DNA of 64,000 nucleotides from the IMG/VR virus record IMGVR_UViG_3300020440_000009, positions 1 to 64,000 of that record; one strand, 5' to 3'. Source of the stretch: a virus (lineage: Duplodnaviria; Caudoviricetes). The translations under genes were made by a program, and so were the position numbers. Shown here one piece after another: positions 57,982 through 64,000 of this stretch (the stretch's first letter is position 1; every line of letters begins with the position of its first letter). The notes under the pieces are model-generated. The model was not told the DNA's origin. It saw only the letters and a list, made by a program, of their open reading frames with translations, and did no database searches.

Positions 57982-58721
57982 TTCTTTAAATCACCTTTCT
58001 TTATCCAAGCTGTTAAGCCTGACCAAGTCTCGTAATTATTCGATGGTAAAATATACAATATTTCGGGTATCACTTTTTTTATATTCTTTAAAACTTTAAA
58101 AACATCATGTTTCTTTTCATTAACATCGTGAAAAAATACATATCCATCTTTTTTACAATGATTATATGCATACATTATATCCCAAGCGACAGCAGGGTAA
58201 TCATGACCACCATCAACAAATATAAAATCAAACTTCTTATTCTTAAGTATTTCTGGTAAGAAGAAAGAGTTTTTGTTTATATATTTTACGTTAGATTGAT
58301 TTATATTTTTATTAAAAAATTGCTTATCATTTTTTCTAATAGCTAACTCTTGATAACTCTCATCATCTTCTGAAAGATCACAGGTGATTATATTTGCATC
58401 AGGCCATAATTTAGAAAATAAATTAGTCATCTCACCTTTACCTGTACCTATTTCTAAAATGTCTTTTATATCAGGTCTGTGAATCGATAGAGATGTAAAA
58501 TATATAAAATCTTTTCCTTGTCCTTTAAAATCTTTAGTCACAAAGTAAATGTTTTCAGGTCCAACTATAGACATTAACTTATCTTCAGCTTTTTTTACAT
58601 CAGTTAATTCCCAATCACAATAATTAATTCCTCTATAATCTTCGAACTTTATATTAGCTACCGAACTTCTATTGAAAAAGTACTCATAAGCATCAGGACC
58701 ACACTCTACAACATCTTTCAT
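57978..58721 (-). CDS. Class I SAM-dependent methyltransferase
   Basis: ILEIGTGKG, FDFIFVDGGHDY, FFHD. Confidence 0.82.
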   Translation of the reverse strand: MKDVVECGPDAYEYFFNRSSVANIKFEDYRGINYCDWELTDVKKAEDKLMSIVGPENIYFVTKDFKGQGKDFIYFTSLSIHRPDIKDILEIGTGKGEMTNLFSKLWPDANIITCDLSEDDESYQELAIRKNDKQFFNKNINQSNVKYINKNSFFLPEILKNKKFDFIFVDGGHDYPAVAWDIMYAYNHCKKDGYVFFHDVNEKKHDVFKVLKNIKKVIPEILYILPSNNYETWSGLTAWIKKGDLKK

Positions 58722-58722
58722 T

Positions 58723-59148
58723 TTACTGGCTCATCTCTTCTATAATCTTCGTGGTCGAATAACCCTCTACAGTAGGTACAATATAGACAGGTGCGATGTC
58801 TTTTCCTACGACATCATCTGGTTCATAGTCACCACCTTTGACAATACAGTAAGGTTCTAACTCTTTGATGAGTTCATAAGGTGTGTCTTCTTCAAAAATA
58901 ATTACTCGATCAACATAAGGTATCTGTTCTAAATTTCTTTTTCTTACATCTTGACTGTTAACTGGTCTATCTTCACCTTTAAGTCTTTTTGTACTCTCAT
59001 CTGAATTGATACCAACAACAACAGTTGATTTACCTATATCATAACAATATTTCAATAGTTCGATGTGTCCTTTATGTAGTATATCGAACACACCGTTTGT
59101 AAAAACAATTTCTCTAAATTCTCTAGGTACTACATATTCTTCACTCAT
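58723..59148 (-). CDS. rfaE2: D-glycero-beta-D-manno-heptose 1-phosphate adenylyltransferase (RfaE domain II/HldC)
   Basis: VFTNGVFDILHKGH, VGINSDES..RLKG..RP, FEEDTP, KGGDY, GYSTTKII; probable start MSEE at 59148. Confidence 0.9.
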   Translation of the reverse strand: MSEEYVVPREFREIVFTNGVFDILHKGHIELLKYCYDIGKSTVVVGINSDESTKRLKGEDRPVNSQDVRKRNLEQIPYVDRVIIFEEDTPYELIKELEPYCIVKGGDYEPDDVVGKDIAPVYIVPTVEGYSTTKIIEEMSQ

Positions 59149-59774
59149 GTTAATTTTCTCCATTGACTAGGATCTAGTGTTTTATTTTCAAGTTTCTCTT
59201 TTGACGTAATCATTAAATCATAAGAAACACAATATCTATCTTTTTCTGAAAATGACTCGCTTACATAATGTAGTAAATTAGAGGGAAAGATAACAAGTGT
59301 CCCGTCTTCAGGCTTTAACTTATGTATATGTGACTCACAATTAATAGGTAGGTTTTGAAACAAATCATATTCACTTTCAAATGTGAGTTCTGCACCTTCA
59401 TCTTTATTGACTGAAATATAGAACACACAACTTAAGTGAGCGTTTACATGCTTATGTGGTGAAACTCCACCTTCTTTTTGAAGTCTGACACCCCAAGATT
59501 TTTGTACATAAACATCCGGTATATTTTCTGAACCTAGTTTATTAATATACTTTCTAGTCTGCTTTGCGATGAACTTGTTTACATCTGAAAAGCAGTCTAA
59601 CTCATGTGGTTGTTTTATATCACTATAAATATCGCCAAAAAAAGAAGGATTATGAGAACTAGAATTAAAACTAGAGTCCCGTACAAGATTCGAAACAGCT
59701 TGTATAAGATTTTCTTTATCATATTCCTCCATCTTCGCTTGGAAGATAGGTGTCCCTAAAATATATTCTACCAT
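59145..59774 (-). CDS. Phage-type 2OG-Fe(II) oxygenase
   Basis: HKH..AHLSCVFY, LVIFPSNLLHYV, RYCVSYD. Confidence 0.8.
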   Translation of the reverse strand: MVEYILGTPIFQAKMEEYDKENLIQAVSNLVRDSSFNSSSHNPSFFGDIYSDIKQPHELDCFSDVNKFIAKQTRKYINKLGSENIPDVYVQKSWGVRLQKEGGVSPHKHVNAHLSCVFYISVNKDEGAELTFESEYDLFQNLPINCESHIHKLKPEDGTLVIFPSNLLHYVSESFSEKDRYCVSYDLMITSKEKLENKTLDPSQWRKLT

Positions 59775-59780
59775 ACTAAA

Positions 59781-60278
59781 TTACTCAAAAGCTGAAAGTC
59801 TTGAAGATACAGAGGTCGCTGAAATTGAAGTATTCTTAATGTTCGCTATCTCGATCCGTTTAACAATATCATCTACTGACTCAATCGTTGGTCTCTCTTC
59901 TGTAGACTCATCGAAAGTTAAATGATAAAGTGATGAACTATCTAACATAAAAGATTCCTCACTACTGGTATATCCAGGTAATTGGCTTATCTTATAATAA
60001 GTTTCTTGTAATGGTCCGTCAATCTCTGTACCAACGAATCTGGCCGAGAGACCATCTCCACTTATTTGACCTGTAATTACATTGTAACTAACTGAGTCTC
60101 CAGCTTCACTTACATATGCTTCAATATCATCGTGGTTATCTTCCCAGTCAATAAATGAATTTTTACCCGATCTATCTGATTGATATTCTAATCCCGAAAG
60201 TAATGACCATCTAGAATTTACTTCCAACTGATCTCTCATACCTTTAAATCTATAAACATTAAATGTGTAATTCGCCAT
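59781..60278 (-). CDS. Hypothetical protein, probably late-expressed
   Basis: 165 aa ORF preceded by GTAAATA (60294-60300) and an AGG SD. Confidence 0.6.
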   Translation of the reverse strand: MANYTFNVYRFKGMRDQLEVNSRWSLLSGLEYQSDRSGKNSFIDWEDNHDDIEAYVSEAGDSVSYNVITGQISGDGLSARFVGTEIDGPLQETYYKISQLPGYTSSEESFMLDSSSLYHLTFDESTEERPTIESVDDIVKRIEIANIKNTSISATSVSSRLSAFE

Positions 60279-60439
60279 AAAAAACCTTTCCTGTATTTAC
60301 CATTTTTCTACCCAATCTTTTGGGTTCCTTTCATAAGTTTCAGATAGGTAATTATACAAAAAATAAAACGTGATTATAATCAATACAACTAAAAGAAAAG
60401 GTGCATACTGCACCAAGTCATAGTAATCTAATTTACCCG

Positions 60440-60778
60440 TCATGTTACAAATCTTTCAAAATAGTCATCCACATTATGAGCCTTGTCATCAATCCACACA
60501 TCATAAGCTGGTTTACCCATCTTAAAAGATGTAAACTTAACTCCCCAATCTTTGAGTTGCTTCTCAGTTAGAGCGGTCTTTTCCTTCACAGTGTTTGAAT
60601 TGGCACCTCGTGCTGTCCAATAGTGAATCTCATGACCCTCATCATATAGTTTGTTAAAGTGTTCGATACGGTGTTTATAAGGCTTCGCATTCTCATATAG
60701 ATTGTTCGTACCGCCAGATTCTGTTTCTACGATGCATAAAGAACAAATCGTACCGTCAATGTCTACTATATATTTCAT
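60440..60778 (-). CDS. Small HAD-like phosphatase of the type found in capsule/LPS loci
   Basis: YIVDIDGTIC, YWTARG, MGKPAYDVWIDDKA. Confidence 0.8.
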   Translation of the reverse strand: MKYIVDIDGTICSLCIVETESGGTNNLYENAKPYKHRIEHFNKLYDEGHEIHYWTARGANSNTVKEKTALTEKQLKDWGVKFTSFKMGKPAYDVWIDDKAHNVDDYFERFVT

Positions 60779-60784
60779 AATTTA

Positions 60785-61018
60785 TTATACTCGCATTTCC
60801 CCACACTTTTTAATATATTCTTCATTTTGTTCCTCCTCTAATCCTAGTTTAACATCTAAAATACCTAGTTTGATATTCCAGTATTGGTTTGCGTCCAAAC
60901 ATCCATTGTTATATAGATTCTTTGCCGATTCTTCAAGCTTCCACAATTCTCCAATGGTGTTTTTAGCTTTTATCTTTCCTCGCATAATTTTATAATCTTC
61001 TCTTGTCATTATTACCAA
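60785..61018 (-). CDS. Hypothetical protein
   Basis: 77 aa ORF in a tightly packed minus-strand run. Confidence 0.55.
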   Translation of the reverse strand: MVIMTREDYKIMRGKIKAKNTIGELWKLEESAKNLYNNGCLDANQYWNIKLGILDVKLGLEEEQNEEYIKKCGEMRV

Positions 61019-61188
61019 CCTTTCTCATATTCTAGTGCAATCTCAAATAATTTCTTCCAAGCTTTTTTGATTTTTTTGATCTGTTCCGGATTGTTTTCCT
61101 CTGCTTCAATCCACTCAATCTCACTATCAACACAGGCTTTGACTATCTTACAAGCCTCTTCGAAAGACATAAACTTTTCTTGTTTCAT
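61012..61188 (-). CDS. Hypothetical 58 aa protein
   Basis: Manual translation MKQEKFMSFEEACKIVK...YEKGW*; GAGAGG SD. Confidence 0.5.
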   Translation of the reverse strand: MKQEKFMSFEEACKIVKACVDSEIEWIEAEENNPEQIKKIKKAWKKLFEIALEYEKGW

Positions 61189-61297
61189 CAGTGTTTTATC
61201 CTCTCATTTCAGTCAACTCAATCGTCTATATATATAATATCATCAAATACATATGAATCAAGTAAAAAAATGTGTAAATATGTTGAAGGAGATTAAT

Positions 61298-62077
61298 ATG
61301 AGTGTAAATCACGTTATACCACTAAGAAGAATGGCTTATCAATCTTCTGAATATGTTGAAAGTGCCTTAAACATATCTTTGGCTAATGGAGATGTCGAAG
61401 GTCTCTCTCATATCAATAAGTTCGGCTATAATGACCAAATACCAACTACTTTTGAATTAATTACAATACCTTCTACTAATATCGTATATCCGACAACCGC
61501 CGCAGTTGTTTCGGTGGTATCAGATGATGCAAATGATGATGCCGGTGATACAGGAGCAAGAACAGTTTCAATTCAAGGTTTAGATGCTGATTATAACTTA
61601 CAATCTGATACAATAGAATTGGATGGTACAAACGCAGTTACAACTACTAATACCTATATTAGAGTCTTTAGAGCAGGTGTTGAAACAGCTGGTAGTTCAG
61701 GTGGAGCTGAAGGTACTATTTCCTTTTCAATTGGTGGAAATGTTCAATGTACAATAGATCCTGAATATGATAATCAAACTTTACACGCAGGTTATACTAT
61801 ACCCGCAGGAAAGACTGGTTATCTTACAAGACTACAAGCTACATCTACAAAAGACAATAAAGCTGGTATGGTAGGCTTTTTTCAAAGAGAATTCGGAACA
61901 GATACAGTATTTAAAGTAAAACAACTGATTGAAGTTTATCGTAATAGCGTTGTGGTTGATTTTCCTGTACCGATAAAACTAACTGAAAAATCTGATTTAG
62001 AATTAAGAGGTAAGAATTTAAACAGTGGTAATGTAAGTCTCGGTGGTACATTCGATTTAATATTAGTAGACAATTAA
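61298..62077 (+). CDS. Putative virion structural protein
   Basis: Start likely at 61298 (GTAAATA at 61274, then GAAGGAG SD). Thr/Gly-rich beta-sandwich-like sequence (KFGYN, GARTVSIQGLD, YTIPAGKTGYL). Confidence 0.6.
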   Translation: MSVNHVIPLRRMAYQSSEYVESALNISLANGDVEGLSHINKFGYNDQIPTTFELITIPSTNIVYPTTAAVVSVVSDDANDDAGDTGARTVSIQGLDADYNLQSDTIELDGTNAVTTTNTYIRVFRAGVETAGSSGGAEGTISFSIGGNVQCTIDPEYDNQTLHAGYTIPAGKTGYLTRLQATSTKDNKAGMVGFFQREFGTDTVFKVKQLIEVYRNSVVVDFPVPIKLTEKSDLELRGKNLNSGNVSLGGTFDLILVDN

Positions 62078-62113
62078 ATCTTTAAAATAAATGTATTTTC
62101 CGTATAATAGAGC

Positions 62114-62653
62114 ATGAATTCTGAAGTTATCAAAGACATGTGGAAAGAAGGTGGTGATGGTCACTTCACTTTACTTGACCCACTACAATTTATCCGCTTA
62201 TTCAACGACTATCAAAATTTTAATGGCAAAAGAGTCTTAGAGTTTGGACCTGGTAACGGTCAGTTTGCAAAGTGGTTACTCGACACTCATAAAGACATCA
62301 CCGACTACACGATTGTAGACGCACCAAGATCAATAGAGGTGCCAAAGAAAACACTAGAGGATTACAAACAAGTCAACTTCTATGAAGCACGAGATTTCAA
62401 AGAAGCCTTGAAAAAGAATTATGACATTTTTGTATCATTCAACTGTTTATCTGAAACACCTCCTTCTTATTATGCCGAGACATTTAACACAGTGAAAACA
62501 AAAGGTATTTTTATCATAGACGGAGACCTACATAGTTCCGACTTCCAGAAGAGACTTGACACTTTCTCTCGTAAGCACCGAGCAAAGGTGGTTAGAAACA
62601 AAATCTTGGTTAATATGAGTGGTACTGTGAGTTTACATACTCGAAACATGTAA
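62114..62653 (+). CDS. SAM-dependent methyltransferase, putative sugar O-methyltransferase
   Basis: VLEFGPGNG, YTIVD, DIFVSFNCLSE. Confidence 0.72.
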   Translation: MNSEVIKDMWKEGGDGHFTLLDPLQFIRLFNDYQNFNGKRVLEFGPGNGQFAKWLLDTHKDITDYTIVDAPRSIEVPKKTLEDYKQVNFYEARDFKEALKKNYDIFVSFNCLSETPPSYYAETFNTVKTKGIFIIDGDLHSSDFQKRLDTFSRKHRAKVVRNKILVNMSGTVSLHTRNM

Positions 62654-62732
62654 ATAATATTATGTTACAGTCCGAAGATACACATACTATGTTACACGAT
62701 TCGTATGAAATCAGAGGATACTCGCTACTACC

Positions 62733-62762
62733 AGACCAATGAGAAATCGTTGGTCTTTTTTT
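62733..62762 (+). terminator. Rho-independent terminator
   Basis: Stem agaccaatga/tcgttggtct with a GAAA loop, followed by a T-run. Confidence 0.8.
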
Positions 62763-62778
62763 ATATTAAGGAGAGTTA

Positions 62779-62886
62779 ATGACACAACATCAAAGAATTA
62801 AACACCAACAACGCATCAGATCATATCAAAAGCGAAAGCTTATACACACTCTAAGGAAATACAAGCGAATTAAAAACCAAATGTGA
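62779..62886 (+). CDS. Small highly basic peptide (35 aa)
   Basis: AAGGAG SD; MTQHQRIKHQQRIRSYQKRKLIHTLRKYKRIKNQM. Confidence 0.45.
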   Translation: MTQHQRIKHQQRIRSYQKRKLIHTLRKYKRIKNQM

Positions 62887-63192
62887 CGATAAATACACTC
62901 ATGAAAACCTTATATTATAAACTACTGATGTTTGTATATGAACATCAAGTTCCACTATTAATTCTGATATTATTGAGTATAATCCTTACATATGGAGTAT
63001 AAACGATAACGATGGACAAAGAAATGGTCATTACGCTAGGGTGGGTTATGGGTCTCTTTTTCTTACTGATGGTGGTGAGTATTTTAATATTAACCTGGAC
63101 ACAGCCTTGACATTATTAATGAACACTGTTACTATCATTGTATATATAGGTCTTATGTATATGGCTTATAAGATAGCAAAGAAAAGCGAAAA

Positions 63193-63381
63193 ATGGTAAG
63201 CATCCGGAGAAAGCACAAACGAGATCAGGGTTATACCGTCATTGTATTTGATAAGGATAACGTACATGAATGGCCTACTAGTGACCATGAACATCATGAA
63301 ATCATGAAAATCTTTAAACAGGATAAATATTACGAAGGTATTATTAATGACTATACCATATGGAAGAAACTAATGGATTGA
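63193..63381 (+). CDS. Small hypothetical protein
   Basis: 62 aa ORF in a tightly overlapping plus-strand run. Confidence 0.5.
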   Translation: MVSIRRKHKRDQGYTVIVFDKDNVHEWPTSDHEHHEIMKIFKQDKYYEGIINDYTIWKKLMD

Positions 63382-63383
63382 AT

Positions 63384-63566
63384 ATGATAAAAAAAATTAA
63401 GAGAATTTTAACTTCACAGAGTAATAGAAAGAATGTTATTATTACCATGATGGTAGGGTCAGCGATTGGATTTCTATTTGATGCTTCATTTGGTATCTAT
63501 ATAGCTGTAATGACCAATGTGATGAACAACTACTACATTCATTATACCACTACATATGTGGATTGA
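63384..63566 (+). CDS. Small membrane protein
   Basis: Hydrophobic stretch IITMMVGSAIGFLFDASFGIYIAVM. Confidence 0.45.
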   Translation: MIKKIKRILTSQSNRKNVIITMMVGSAIGFLFDASFGIYIAVMTNVMNNYYIHYTTTYVD

Positions 63567-63677
63567 TAACATAACAAAACTCTTATACCGAGAACCTTCT
63601 GTATATGAGATTGGTATAGGAGTATTATTATATATGGTAATATTGTATGGAATAGTAAGAATAAAGTAAGGGAGATA

Positions 63678-64000
63678 ATGATGCACATTGATGATGAAAT
63701 CCGTAGAGTTCGTCAGTTTATACAAGAGCTTAACAATGTAAGAGAAGTTTACTTCAAAGAATTATGCGATAAGGTTCTTAACTCCGAGTATAAGAATTGG
63801 CATCAACATGAGCAATTTGGAGAATACGCTGATCTAGAAAACGATCTTTTGGATTATATTTTTGACGATTACGGAGACCTTAACTATATGTCCTTTGCCG
63901 ATTACTTGACTGAATGGTATCAAGAAAAAGACGACCCAGAAAAAGTTATGATTGATGGAGAAACTCATAACGAATTCGTTGAAAGAGTGAATAGTGTCAA
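63678..64000 (+). CDS. Partial acidic hypothetical protein (runs off the window)
   Basis: AGGGAG SD then MMHIDDEIRRVRQFIQEL..., open to the end of the window. Confidence 0.6.
   Translation, partial: MMHIDDEIRRVRQFIQELNNVREVYFKELCDKVLNSEYKNWHQHEQFGEYADLENDLLDYIFDDYGDLNYMSFADYLTEWYQEKDDPEKVMIDGETHNEFVERVNSV

Noticed and set aside
1-64000. Stop-codon reassignment (alternative genetic code), as seen in some large phages
   Set aside because: Genes are full-length and tightly packed under code 11, and TAG/TGA act as genuine stops (gp5 and gp62 end in TAG). The only un-called gap is explained by the gp51 frame.

Overview
This is a 64 kb segment of a large, AT-rich T4-like (Tevenvirinae/Kyanoviridae-type) myophage genome read in the standard genetic code. 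From 1 to 45.4 kb is the virion morphogenesis region, almost all on the minus strand. It carries three paralogous short fibre-like genes and three very large baseplate/fibre proteins, one with a subtilisin-like S8 protease domain. It also holds gp6, gp25, gp5, hub, gp53, gp48, a short tape-measure-like gene, gp51, gp26, gp54, neck gp13, terminase gp17, gp3, a LamG fibre, a YadA-head-repeat fibre and a gp19 tail tube. From 45.5 to 47.9 kb are replication genes (RNase H, GIY-YIG, clamp loader gp62). From 47.9 to 62.7 kb is an accessory glyco-modification region: glycosyltransferases, two sulfotransferase domains, ADP-heptose enzymes, methyltransferases, a 2OG oxygenase and a SemiSWEET, interspersed with DenV-like, PD-(D/E)XK and SleB-like genes. 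The window ends in a run of micro-ORFs. The strongest signals beyond routine annotation are: (i) a candidate programmed -1 frameshift (A_AAT_TTT plus an upstream internal Shine-Dalgarno) fusing gp26 to an un-called gp51; (ii) a phage glycosyltransferase/sulfotransferase cluster that could make a sulfated glycan; (iii) a Glu-His-Ser virion subtilase; (iv) a GTAAATA late-promoter variant and repeated promoter-N5-ATG leaderless architecture. All functional calls come from motif recognition by eye; no database search was run.
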